A stretch of DNA of 64,000 nucleotides from an uncultured Francisella sp. (GTDB taxonomy: Bacteria; Pseudomonadota; Gammaproteobacteria; Thiomicrospirales; Thiomicrospiraceae), in contig CAZYER010000001.1 in the NCBI GenBank assembly GCA_964646525.1, forward strand, positions 14,719 to 78,718, in the 5' to 3' direction. The stretch's first letter is position 1; the number at the start of each line of letters is the position of its first letter. Shown here one piece after another: positions 51,789 to 63,204 of this stretch. The position numbers and the translations under genes are program-made. The notes under the pieces were generated by a model. It saw only the letters and a list, made by a program, of their open reading frames with translations, did no database searches and had not been told where the DNA came from.

Positions 51789-53237
51789 ATGATTGCCAAC
51801 CGCACCCACATTACTGGTAAACGCCTTTTTGTCATCGACACGAACGTATTGATGCATGATCCAATGGCATTATTTGCATTCGATGAACACGATTTATTCA
51901 TTCCCATGGTGGTACTCGAAGAGTTAGATGCCAACAAAAAAGGGATTTCTGAAATTGCTCGCAACGTACGTGAAACCAACCGATTACTAGATCAATTAAT
52001 TGGCAGCGCCAGTGCAGCAGAAATTGAGAAAGGACTTCCTCTGGTCAACATCGCCAACATGGGGTTGGGCAAAAACAAGCCTGTAGGTAAAGGGCGCAAG
52101 GGTAATCCTGGGAAATTATATTTTGAAACGCGTCCACTCGATTTTGACCTCAATGAAATCTTCCCGACACATAAAGCCGACAATACCATTCTCAAGTGTG
52201 GATTAGCACTGCAACAACTCGATCCGAAAACGCATGTCACACTCGTCACTAAAGACATTAACATGCGCATTAAAGCTTCTGCTGTCGGTTTACATGCCGA
52301 AGATTATTTTAATGACAGTGTTGTTGAAGACAGCGATTTACTTTACACTGGCATGCGCGAGTTACCCGATGACTACTTTGAAAACAATGGCGAGGCCTTA
52401 ACTTCTTGGCAAGAAGGAAGTAATACCTTCTATCGCATTGAAACACCTACAGATAATCCTTGGGTACCAAATGAATGCTTGCATACCGCCGATGAACATG
52501 GCTTCTCCGCCATCGTTGACCGCATTGATGGAAACAGCAGTGTACTGCGCTTCCCGCGCGACTATCGCAACAGTCACCAGGGCGTATGGGGTATTCATGC
52601 ACGCAATCGTGAACAAAATTTCGCGCTGAACTTTTTAATGAATCCAGACATTGATATTGTTACCTTACTTGGTCCAGCTGGTACAGGTAAGACCTTGCTT
52701 GCCCTAGCCGCTGGACTAGCGCAAACGATTGACGATAAACGTTATAACGAAATCATCATGACACGCGCCACCATTCCGATAGGTGAAGATATTGGCTTTT
52801 TACCCGGCACCGAGGAAGAAAAAATGGCACCTTGGATGGGTGCGTTAATGGATAACCTTGAAGTCTTGACGCAACCTGAAGAAGGTGCGGCCAAATGGCA
52901 AACCAATACCACGCAAGAAATCATTAAGCAACGTATTAAAATTAAGTCGATGAACTTTATGCGTGGCCGAACCTTCTTGAATAAGTTTATTATCATTGAT
53001 GAAGCGCAAAACCTAACACCCAAACAGATGAAAACCTTAATCACCCGTGCAGGTCCTGGTACGAAAATGATTTGCATCGGAAACATCGCTCAAATCGATT
53101 CTCCTTATTTAACAGAAACCACTTCAGGACTAACCTTTGTGGTCGATCACTTTAAGGGATGGCAGCACAATGCTCACATTACCTTACAGCGTGGTGAGCG
53201 TTCTCGTCTCGCCGACTTTGCTCAGCAAGTAATGTGA
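51789..53237 (+). CDS. PIN-PhoH fusion ATPase (YlaK/PhoH2-like)
   Basis: N-terminal PIN (FVIDTNVLMHDP...VLEELD) and a PhoH ATPase with Walker A GPAGTGKT and Walker B IIIDEAQN. Confidence 0.85.
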   Translation: MIANRTHITGKRLFVIDTNVLMHDPMALFAFDEHDLFIPMVVLEELDANKKGISEIARNVRETNRLLDQLIGSASAAEIEKGLPLVNIANMGLGKNKPVGKGRKGNPGKLYFETRPLDFDLNEIFPTHKADNTILKCGLALQQLDPKTHVTLVTKDINMRIKASAVGLHAEDYFNDSVVEDSDLLYTGMRELPDDYFENNGEALTSWQEGSNTFYRIETPTDNPWVPNECLHTADEHGFSAIVDRIDGNSSVLRFPRDYRNSHQGVWGIHARNREQNFALNFLMNPDIDIVTLLGPAGTGKTLLALAAGLAQTIDDKRYNEIIMTRATIPIGEDIGFLPGTEEEKMAPWMGALMDNLEVLTQPEEGAAKWQTNTTQEIIKQRIKIKSMNFMRGRTFLNKFIIIDEAQNLTPKQMKTLITRAGPGTKMICIGNIAQIDSPYLTETTSGLTFVVDHFKGWQHNAHITLQRGERSRLADFAQQVM

Positions 53238-53298
53238 ACTCGACCCAGTAACACAACGGCAGTTGGGCAATACCCACTGCCTTAATGGAGGTGATAGC

Positions 53299-53901
53299 AT
53301 GATTCTCAATCAAATCGCCCTCAACCCTACCGTTCATTATCAAAGTTTGGCGCAACACGTTCAGCAACGGTTGCCTACTTTAATGATTCCAGTCTTCAAG
53401 CTAGACCCAACCAGTGCAAGTCGTGCTGTGGAAGAGTTACCTCTAGATCATGAAAAATCATCCGAATATGTCGAACTTCACACGCTAGTCGACTATCAAC
53501 CTTGGTTGAAACACCTTTACCGTCAGTGGCAGCTCGCACTCAAACAGAGTTTTTCGCAACTAACGGCCATAAATAACCTAACCGAACCAGATCACTGGCA
53601 TCCAGAAAGTACTGCCAAAGCCATGAATGCCTTAGCGCTTGCCTACACAGGAAAACTCATTTACTTGTTAAAACAGGATCCTATCACTGTTGTCGATAGA
53701 ACGACTTTGTTATGGCGAGATACATGGCAAAGCTTTCGTCATGAACTCGAACATCAACAAACTAAGTTGCCCGTATTACAGGCATTAGATAATACTGCCC
53801 ACTATTTTCAACAATTTTGGCTAGAATCTTGGCTACACATTGCCGATTTACAATCGACCTTGCCATCAAACCCGACAGAAAATAACAACAACGACTCTTA
53901 A
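53299..53901 (+). CDS. Hypothetical protein (about 200 aa, helical, Trp-rich)
   Basis: Strong RBS (GGAGGTGA) 5 nt before the ATG at 53299. I recognise no motif. Confidence 0.5.
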   Translation: MILNQIALNPTVHYQSLAQHVQQRLPTLMIPVFKLDPTSASRAVEELPLDHEKSSEYVELHTLVDYQPWLKHLYRQWQLALKQSFSQLTAINNLTEPDHWHPESTAKAMNALALAYTGKLIYLLKQDPITVVDRTTLLWRDTWQSFRHELEHQQTKLPVLQALDNTAHYFQQFWLESWLHIADLQSTLPSNPTENNNNDS

Positions 53902-53952
53902 AACAGTTACAATGTGGTGATTATTAGTGAACATACTTTATGGAGTGCTTCG

Positions 53953-54231
53953 ATGCTGGTTTTCGGCATTTTTATTGGCATGTTATTGACCATTGGCGTA
54001 GGGATTTGGCTAGATACGAACTTATTGGCTAATCTGGTCGCCTTGTCTGGCATAACAGGATTATTGATTTTCTTTTTTCACAATGCAGATCAGACCGAAG
54101 GTCGAATCAGTCGCTGGTTGATTGGGTTAAGCCGAGAACAAAAAAAACAGTGGTACGGTTTATTCGCTGTTAGTTTGTTTTTTGGGTTGATGTTCGGCAG
54201 TTTTTGGAACGACAGCATGGGTGGACTATAA
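53953..54231 (+). CDS. Hypothetical small membrane protein (three predicted TM segments)
   Basis: Hydrophobic stretches MLVFGIFIGMLLTIGVGIWL, LVALSGITGLLIFFF and LFAVSLFFGLMFG. GGAG lies 9 nt upstream of the ATG at 53953. Confidence 0.45.
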   Translation: MLVFGIFIGMLLTIGVGIWLDTNLLANLVALSGITGLLIFFFHNADQTEGRISRWLIGLSREQKKQWYGLFAVSLFFGLMFGSFWNDSMGGL

Positions 54232-54233
54232 CC

Positions 54234-54677
54234 GTGTTTGGATCAGACAGGAACAGTCTGCGTGAGTTTTATAAAATCAGTTGGCAAAAACACCAGCAAG
54301 GACAAGCTTTGAGCACTCTGGAGCAACAAGTAGTACAAGTGATCGCCGAACATCCAGAGTATCATCAGCAAGTATTGGCCAATAATGCTTCCTATCGCGA
54401 TTGGGCAGTCGAATCGGGAGATACCAATCCTTTCTTACATATGGGTATGCATTTGGCTTTGCGTGAGCAAATCGCAACAGACAGACCTTCTGGCATAGCC
54501 CGTTGTTATCATTTACTCTGCCAATCCACACAAGTATCACTGGAAGCAGAACATCAAATGATGGAATGCCTTGGACAGGCTTTGTGGCAAGCACAGCGCA
54601 ACAACAGCATGCCAGACGAAGTTGCCTATCTCAATTGTTTAGAAACATTAACCCAAGATTTACACAGTCCCCTTTAG
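54234..54677 (+). CDS. DUF1841 family protein
   Basis: FGSDRNSLREFY..W.K and NPFLHMGMHLALREQI...RP.GI match my memory of DUF1841. A GTG start at 54234 is preferred. Confidence 0.6.
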   Translation: MFGSDRNSLREFYKISWQKHQQGQALSTLEQQVVQVIAEHPEYHQQVLANNASYRDWAVESGDTNPFLHMGMHLALREQIATDRPSGIARCYHLLCQSTQVSLEAEHQMMECLGQALWQAQRNNSMPDEVAYLNCLETLTQDLHSPL

Positions 54678-54683
54678 TTTTAG

Positions 54684-56933
<2,250 letters not shown>

Positions 56934-57025
56934 GCATTGCGCAATTGAAGGGAGTCATACTGTTTGAGTTTCCAACCCAAACAGTCAAACTTGTTCAAGT
57001 GTAATTTTAAGTGTCGGTGCCGTAG

Positions 57026-57817
57026 ATGATGAACTTATTTGATGCAGAAAAAGACTACTATTCGGTATTGGGCGTAGCGCAGGCTTGTGAGCTTTCGGCT
57101 ATTAAGGCTGCCTTTCGCAAGTTGGCGAAACAATATCATCCAGATGTGAGCGATCACCCTCTGGCAACCAGTCGTTTTCAAGAAGTATCAGAAGCTTACA
57201 AAGTATTAAGTCGTCATCGACAAGCTTATGACTCAGCTGTTCAGTCTCTTGCACAAGCAGCGCAACGAGCACAACAACAGCGTCAGCAGGGCCAGCATTA
57301 CGCATCCAGCTACCAATACTCACAGCCTCACCGTTCAGCTCAATTCGATCATTGGACACCGCAGGCTGGGCGTGGACGTGATCGAAATATGGTTTATCCG
57401 CTAACGCTTAAATATGCTTTTCGTTTGCTAAGAGAAGGTTCGTTTTTAGTTCCCAGTCTCAATACACGCTTGCCCTTTGACAGCAGCGCTTTGAGCAATA
57501 AAGAATTTCGTTTCCCTGGTAAAGGCTTCCCTGGATTATTTGGCGGACCAGCGGGCGATTATATTGTCTCATTTAAACTCACCCACCATGCCCCCTTCAA
57601 AATACGCGGTGGTGATCTTTATATGCTCATTAAAGTACCGCGTCGTTTATGGGAAACTGGCGGAGAAATGTACTACGATACCCCATCGGGACTATTTAAA
57701 GTCAATATTGCGAAACAGGTAAAGGAAGGTAGCTATATCCGTTTTAAGCATAAAGGACTACCTGCAGATCGCCATCAATCTGGTGGCCATTTATACGCCA
57801 AAGTCACGCTAGAATAA
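57026..57817 (+). CDS. J-domain protein with a single DnaJ/CbpA-like C-terminal domain
   Basis: J domain (DYYSVLGV...YHPDVS, HPD present), a Gln-rich linker and one CTD-like module (GDLYMLIKVP...GHLYAKVTLE). There is no Zn-finger or G/F region. Confidence 0.7.
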   Translation: MMNLFDAEKDYYSVLGVAQACELSAIKAAFRKLAKQYHPDVSDHPLATSRFQEVSEAYKVLSRHRQAYDSAVQSLAQAAQRAQQQRQQGQHYASSYQYSQPHRSAQFDHWTPQAGRGRDRNMVYPLTLKYAFRLLREGSFLVPSLNTRLPFDSSALSNKEFRFPGKGFPGLFGGPAGDYIVSFKLTHHAPFKIRGGDLYMLIKVPRRLWETGGEMYYDTPSGLFKVNIAKQVKEGSYIRFKHKGLPADRHQSGGHLYAKVTLE

Positions 57818-57841
57818 CGTCCTATCAAGAGCTTACCAACT

Positions 57842-58150
57842 ATGTCATTATCAGATTTAGCTCCAGAGCTCCTCGAGCAACTTCACTATCAACCACCGCG
57901 TCGCTATGATGTCATTTTGCATAATGACGATTTCACACCGATGGATTTTGTTATAGATTTATTAATGTGCTATTTTCGCCATCCGGTTGAACAAGCCACC
58001 GAAATTATGTTACAAATTCACCATGAAGGTAGTGCCGTTTGTGGTACTTACTACAAAGAAATCGCTGAAACAAAAGTCAGTCAAGTGCAACAACGTGCGC
58101 GTACTGAAGGCTATCCTTTATTGGCAACCATGCAACCAGAGCGTTCATAA
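57842..58150 (+). CDS. clpS: ATP-dependent Clp protease adaptor ClpS
   Basis: 102 aa with YDVILHNDDFTPMDFV and the IMLQIHHEG core. Confidence 0.95.
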   Translation: MSLSDLAPELLEQLHYQPPRRYDVILHNDDFTPMDFVIDLLMCYFRHPVEQATEIMLQIHHEGSAVCGTYYKEIAETKVSQVQQRARTEGYPLLATMQPERS

Positions 58151-58168
58151 ATAAAAAGAGAGTCCATT

Positions 58169-60457
58169 ATGTCTATGCTAGATAAAGATGTTCAAACGCT
58201 ACTCTCCAACACCTTTGGCTTTGCGCAATCTCAGCAACATGCCTACGTTACCTTAGAACATTTACTGCGTTTACTAACGCAACAAAAAAATGTGCAACAA
58301 GCCCTAGCTGCCTGTTTAGTGGATATTCAAAAGCTCAATGAACAACTTGATGACCTGATTGATCATCAAGAGCTGATTGAGGGTGAAGAGGAAGAGCCCA
58401 TTCCTACTATTGCTTTACAACGTGTCATTGAACGCGCTATTTTTAATAGCCAACAGCAACAGCCTGCACAAAAGGTCAGCAGTTTGGGCATTCTAGCGGC
58501 ACTTTATAGTGAGCGCGATAGCCAAGCCGTTGCTCTGTTAGAAAATTCTGGTGCCGATAAAGCCAGCATGCTCAGTTATATCGCTCATGGTTTACGTAAA
58601 GATGAACCCAGTGCAACACATAAAACGAACACACACAAAACCGATAAAGAAGAGACAGAAGATGCACTCTCGCTTTACGCCATTCATCTAAACAGTCTGG
58701 TGAAAGCGGGCAAGATTGACCCCGTGATTGGACGAGATACTGAACTACTGCGCGTTAGCGAAATTTTACTGCGACGTCGTAAGAACAACCCTCTCTTGGT
58801 CGGAGAACCCGGCGTAGGCAAAACCGCTATTGCTGAGGCACTGGCTTTAGCCGCTGAACAAAATACGCTACCAGAAGGTCTGGCGCAAGCACAAATTTAC
58901 AGTATCGATTTGGGTGCACTATTAGCAGGAACGCGCTATCGGGGTGACTTTGAAAAACGCTTCAAAACCATACTGACACAGCTGGAACGCATTCCCAATG
59001 CCGTTATTTTTATTGACGAAATCCACACCATTGTCGGTGCTGGTAGCGTGCAAGGCAGTGCTATGGATGCGGCTAATTTGTTAAAGCCCGCTCTCGCTCG
59101 AGGCACACTAAAATGTGTGGGAGCAACCACCTTTGAAGAGTATCGTCAAAGCTTTTCAAAAGACAAGGCGTTGAATCGACGTTTTCAAAAAGTGGATGTA
59201 CTCGAACCCAGTGTGCAAGATACGGTTAGTATTTTAAAAGGACTGAAAACACAGTTTGAACAACACCATCAAGTACACTACACCAACAGCGCTTTAACAG
59301 CAGCAGCAGAACTGTCTGCACGTTACCTAACTGACCGCCATCTGCCTGACAAAGCAATTGATTTAGTAGATGAAGTGGGTGCACAAGAACGCGCAAAACC
59401 AGCTAACAAACGAAAGTCTCGTATTACGGCTAGCGACATTCGCCACTTACTGAGTAAGCAAACACACATTCCCTTAACTGACTCTAACACTGACGATAGA
59501 GAACAGTTACGAGCCCTCAACAGCAGCCTACAGCATGTTGTGTTCGGTCAAGACTCAGCCATTCAACGGGTTGTCGATGCCATCAAACTGGCACGCGCTG
59601 GCCTTAGAGCGCCAAATAAACCTTGGGGAAGCTTTCTGTTCACCGGCCCAACTGGTGTGGGTAAAACCGAACTGGCCAAACAGCTAGCAAAACATCTTGG
59701 TATTCCGCTACATCGTTTCGATATGTCTGAATATATGGAAAGCCATAGTGTGGCACGACTCATTGGCGCCCCTCCTGGCTATGTTGGCTATGAGAAAGGT
59801 GGGTTGCTCACTGAGACCATTCTTAAACAATCTCACTCAGTCCTGTTACTCGATGAAATCGAAAAGGCTCATCCCGATATTTTCAATTTACTACTACAAG
59901 TGATGGATGATGGTCGCTTGACGGACAACAACGGACGTACGGCAGACTGTCGTAATTTAATTCTGATCATGACTTCTAACGTTGGTGCAGAGCAATTGCA
60001 ACGTAACACCTTGGGATTTGTCGATGCAGATAGCCTTGCGCATCAATCACAAAAAGCTTTAGACAATACCTTTAAGCCCGAATTTCGTAATCGACTCGAT
60101 GCCATTATTCCCTTCTCGCCACTGTCGGCAGAGGTGATGCCTAAAGTGGTAGATAAAGCTATTTTTGCCCTTGAAGCATTAGTAGCTAACAAAGGCTACC
60201 AGTTACAGTTGTCACATGAGGCCAGAAGTTGGTTAGCACGAAAAGGTTATGACGTCAAAATGGGCGCGCGTCCTTTAGACAGAGTGATCGAAACAGAACT
60301 CAAACGTTCCCTTGCTGATGCCATTTTATTCGGTGATTTAGCTAAGGGAGCTTGTTTAACCGTTCAGGTTAATGAGGCAGGTGACGCATTGGTCATTTCA
60401 ACAGACAGCCTATTCCACAATGACGCTGATGCGTTAGTTGAAGCCAGCAATGGATAA
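58169..60457 (+). CDS. clpA: ATP-dependent Clp protease ATP-binding subunit ClpA
   Basis: N-domain followed by two AAA+ modules ([16 protein letters not shown]). No middle coiled coil, and it lies directly after clpS. Confidence 0.96.
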   Translation: MSMLDKDVQTLLSNTFGFAQSQQHAYVTLEHLLRLLTQQKNVQQALAACLVDIQKLNEQLDDLIDHQELIEGEEEEPIPTIALQRVIERAIFNSQQQQPAQKVSSLGILAALYSERDSQAVALLENSGADKASMLSYIAHGLRKDEPSATHKTNTHKTDKEETEDALSLYAIHLNSLVKAGKIDPVIGRDTELLRVSEILLRRRKNNPLLVGEPGVGKTAIAEALALAAEQNTLPEGLAQAQIYSIDLGALLAGTRYRGDFEKRFKTILTQLERIPNAVIFIDEIHTIVGAGSVQGSAMDAANLLKPALARGTLKCVGATTFEEYRQSFSKDKALNRRFQKVDVLEPSVQDTVSILKGLKTQFEQHHQVHYTNSALTAAAELSARYLTDRHLPDKAIDLVDEVGAQERAKPANKRKSRITASDIRHLLSKQTHIPLTDSNTDDREQLRALNSSLQHVVFGQDSAIQRVVDAIKLARAGLRAPNKPWGSFLFTGPTGVGKTELAKQLAKHLGIPLHRFDMSEYMESHSVARLIGAPPGYVGYEKGGLLTETILKQSHSVLLLDEIEKAHPDIFNLLLQVMDDGRLTDNNGRTADCRNLILIMTSNVGAEQLQRNTLGFVDADSLAHQSQKALDNTFKPEFRNRLDAIIPFSPLSAEVMPKVVDKAIFALEALVANKGYQLQLSHEARSWLARKGYDVKMGARPLDRVIETELKRSLADAILFGDLAKGACLTVQVNEAGDALVISTDSLFHNDADALVEASNG

Positions 60458-60481
60458 AATTGAGATGAATCTAGATCATTT

Positions 60482-60501
60482 AAAAAACCGTCCTGAGACG
60501 G
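60482..60501 (-). terminator. Putative ssrA terminator (short GC hairpin plus T-run on the minus strand)
   Basis: The minus strand reads CCGTC-TCAG-GACGG-TTTTTT, starting 15 nt after the tmRNA CCA end. The stem is only 5 bp. Confidence 0.45.
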
Positions 60502-60516
60502 CTTGAGATGATTTTT

Positions 60517-60866
60517 TGGTGGAAGCGGGGGGAGTTGAACCCCCGTCCGAAGACGCTTAACTATCGGTTCTACATGTGTAGTCTGTTTATTATTCTTGTT
60601 GCCACAAAACCCAACAGACAGGGAAGGTGACAACACAGTCTATTAAGTTTAGCCACGACTTATAGACATCGTCATGACGATCTGATGTAAATGACCTTGG
60701 TAAATTAGCCCATCAGAGAGCTAATGCCAAGGGCTTCGCGTTTAAGCGGCGAGAGCAAAGTTTTCGTCGTTTGCGACTATATTTTGTCAAATGGATTTAC
60801 GAGGTACCCGACACCCTCGACATGCCCCTTTAGCCTTACTATCCCCGTCGAAGCCAGTACGCCCCC
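60517..60866 (-). ncRNA. ssrA: tmRNA (transfer-messenger RNA)
   Basis: 5' end GGGGGCGTACTGGCTTCGACGGGG and 3' end GGACGGGGGTTCAACTCCCCCCGCTTCCACCA. The tag ORF GCAAACGACGAAAACTTTGCTCTCGCCGCTTAA (60774-60742) encodes ANDENFALAA. Confidence 0.97.
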
Positions 60867-60898
60867 AACAGATCTGTAATACTACAGGTAATGTTTAC

Positions 60899-60927
60899 AT
60901 TGTAGAGCCTATTTTGCTTCCGCGCAA
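60899..60927 (-). promoter_or_regulatory. Possible ssrA promoter (TTGCGC-N17-TACAAT)
   Basis: Read on the minus strand, with the -10 about 32 nt upstream of the mature tmRNA 5' end. Confidence 0.35.
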
Positions 60928-60937
60928 GCGCTAAGAT

Positions 60938-61399
60938 TTATTTCGTCAGGCTGGTTATTTTAACCTGAAAATTACACGGCTTACTCATCGTACACAGAGG
61001 TTGAATATCCCAACGACGGTCGCGAATATCGATCAGATTTTGAACAGATAACTCCGTTAAGTTGGCTAAGTCATAATCTTCACGCAAATGTTTAATCAAT
61101 TTTTCAATTGACTTATCAGACAAAGGACGTGTTAATACCGTTAAGATTTCCGCCTTACCATTCTGAGCAAAGCTTATTCGTGCTTGCTGGATAACGGGAT
61201 TGAGCAAGCGTAACAAGCCGTTACCCTGAATTATCGCGTCTCCTTCCTTTGTTACTTCGCAATCAGCAAAAACACGATCTGCTTTTTGGCAAACCGTTTT
61301 AACGGTGTCGCTATCCAAGGTAATACCAAAATAATCTTTTGCCTGCGCATTCAAAGCAAATAACGTTAATACAAGCGCCGCCGTTATCCGAACCATTTC
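60938..61399 (-). CDS. Hypothetical secreted protein (four Cys)
   Basis: Signal peptide MVRITAALVLTLFALNAQA. I recognise no domain. Confidence 0.5.
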   Translation of the reverse strand, partial: EMVRITAALVLTLFALNAQAKDYFGITLDSDTVKTVCQKADRVFADCEVTKEGDAIIQGNGLLRLLNPVIQQARISFAQNGKAEILTVLTRPLSDKSIEKLIKHLREDYDLANLTELSVQNLIDIRDRRWDIQPLCTMSKPCNFQVKITSLTK

Positions 61400-61851
61400 T
61401 GCCACCACCTTTTTTGTTGCATGACCCATAACCCATTAATGGGTAAATAACCTTGCTGCTCACGTTGCAAATTAACTGCATCAGAAAACCATAGCATCTG
61501 CATTTCGTTCAGTAACTTACGCCACTGTGAGGCATCTCTGCCTTGTTGCCAGGCATCACGACAGTTCATCGACTCAGCCTCTTCTAATAAAGGAAAGTTT
61601 AACTTCCACTGCTGTTGTGAACCTAAAAACCAATCCCTTTCCGATACCGCATACAAACAATAACCCTCCTCGGCAAAATGGCCATTAAAAGAGTCAACAA
61701 GCCCTTGAGCTTCCGACAAAGCCAAGCCTAATCCCGCGGTTGGCGCAAGTACCAAGGTATCTCGATCAGCAATTAAATGCACAGGGCAAACAGGCAGCCA
61801 AAAGGCTGCCTGTTGTTGGATCGCTGGGGGTAATGCTATCTTACCCTTCAT
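61384..61851 (-). CDS. Hypothetical protein (155 aa, Trp/Gln-rich)
   Basis: ORF 6 nt downstream of thrC that overlaps the next ORF. I recognise no motif with confidence. Confidence 0.5.
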   Translation of the reverse strand: MKGKIALPPAIQQQAAFWLPVCPVHLIADRDTLVLAPTAGLGLALSEAQGLVDSFNGHFAEEGYCLYAVSERDWFLGSQQQWKLNFPLLEEAESMNCRDAWQQGRDASQWRKLLNEMQMLWFSDAVNLQREQQGYLPINGLWVMQQKRWWQKWFG

Positions 61852-61857
61852 GCTGAC

Positions 61858-63018
61858 TTATTGAACCATGTTGTTAAGAATGGCAGTACGAACCGCTTCC
61901 AACTCAGCTGGAATTTGTACCATAACCGATTTACCCGTACATTGCGCAATGGCGGTATCTGGATCCTTCATACCATTACCCGTAAGCGTCAAGACAATGG
62001 TGCTACCTTCAGCAATTTTACCCGACTGGATGTCTTTCATCGCGCCAGCAAAAGAAGCCGCTGAAGCAGGCTCACAGAAAACACCTTCGTATTGAGCTAA
62101 CATTTTTTGCGCCACTAAAATATCTTCATCAGTACATTCATCAAACCAACCACCCGACTCTTGCATCACTTTCCATGCTCGATCCCAGCTTTGTGGATGA
62201 CCAATACGAATAGCAGTGGCAATAGTTTCAGGATCATCGACCATAACACCACGAATAAAAGGCGCCGAACCAGCAGCTTGGTAACCAATCATTTTCGGAC
62301 GATTACCAACGATGCTACCGGCATACTTACAATGACCTTCACAGAAAGCACAAGACTCAGTCACCTTGGTTACATCTGTTGCTGAAGATTCACAATATCC
62401 CATCCAATGAGCAGTGATATTACCCGCATTACCCACTGGCAAACAGTGGTAATCTGGCGCACGACCTAACTCTTCGATAATTTCAAAGGCAGCCGTTTTT
62501 TGACCCTGTAAGCGGTAAGGATTGATCGAGTTGACAATGGTCACAGGCGCTTTGTCCGCCACTTCTTTCACCAAACGCATACCATCATCAAAGTTACCTT
62601 TAATTTGGATGGTAATTGCGCCATACATCATTGCTTGAGCTAATTTACCCATGGCGATTTTACCATCAGGAATGAGCACAAACGCCGTGATGCCCGCACG
62701 CGCCGCATAGGCAGCCGCGGCAGCAGAAGTATTACCCGTTGAGGCGCAAATAATCGCTTTAGAACCCGCTTCAACGGCTTTAGTCACAGCCATGGTCATA
62801 CCACGGTCTTTAAATGAACCCGTTGGGTTTAAGCCTTCGTACTTCACATAAATATCGACATCTTTCTTCAATATTTTCGGTAAGTTGTGGAGTTTAATTA
62901 ACGGCGTATTGCCTTCACCCAAACTGATAATCGGCGTTGATTCGGTGACGGGTAAACGGTCACGGTAACGGTCAATCAATCCAGTGTAACGATGTCCAAA
63001 AGCGTTCATAATGCTCAT
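61858..63018 (-). CDS. thrC: Threonine synthase (short type) with a Cys-rich insertion
   Basis: PLP-Lys motif GSFKDRG, plus GNAGNITAHW and TLTGNGMKDPDTA, collinear with actinobacterial and Bacillus ThrC. The start is at 63018 or 63009. Confidence 0.92.
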   Translation of the reverse strand: MSIMNAFGHRYTGLIDRYRDRLPVTESTPIISLGEGNTPLIKLHNLPKILKKDVDIYVKYEGLNPTGSFKDRGMTMAVTKAVEAGSKAIICASTGNTSAAAAAYAARAGITAFVLIPDGKIAMGKLAQAMMYGAITIQIKGNFDDGMRLVKEVADKAPVTIVNSINPYRLQGQKTAAFEIIEELGRAPDYHCLPVGNAGNITAHWMGYCESSATDVTKVTESCAFCEGHCKYAGSIVGNRPKMIGYQAAGSAPFIRGVMVDDPETIATAIRIGHPQSWDRAWKVMQESGGWFDECTDEDILVAQKMLAQYEGVFCEPASAASFAGAMKDIQSGKIAEGSTIVLTLTGNGMKDPDTAIAQCTGKSVMVQIPAELEAVRTAILNNMVQ

Positions 63019-63041
63019 ATCCAATAAAATTAAAATCTAAA

Positions 63042-63190
63042 GGGAATCTCTAAAAACTTCGCTTCGCTTGTTTTTAGACTTCCCAAGTTTATTGTTTAGC
63101 TGAAGGAAGGGGTTTAATCAAAGGGTTAGATGCTATTTTCAGCAACCCCTTCCTCCAGACCTCCTACCCATTGGGTTTTTAGAGACACCC
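63042..63190. repeat. Nested inverted repeats in the hom-thrC spacer (three TCTAAAAAC-type arms plus an internal 11-bp hairpin)
   Basis: The arms are at 63042-63057, 63070-63084 and 63175-63190. The internal stem pairs 63104-63114 with 63144-63154. All were read directly from the sequence. Confidence 0.8.
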
Positions 63191-63204
63191 TAAAATTTAA
63201 AAAA

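Noticed and set aside
51581-51979. 132-aa minus-strand ORF bridging the bcp-phoH junction
   Set aside because: It is antisense to two motif-supported genes, has a Ser/Asn/Phe-rich composition and has no recognisable start context.
56959-56985. Hairpin ACTGTTTG-N11-CAAACAGT after icd as a terminator
   Set aside because: The 8-bp stem is real, but the loop is large and no U-tract follows. The evidence is too weak to annotate as a terminator.
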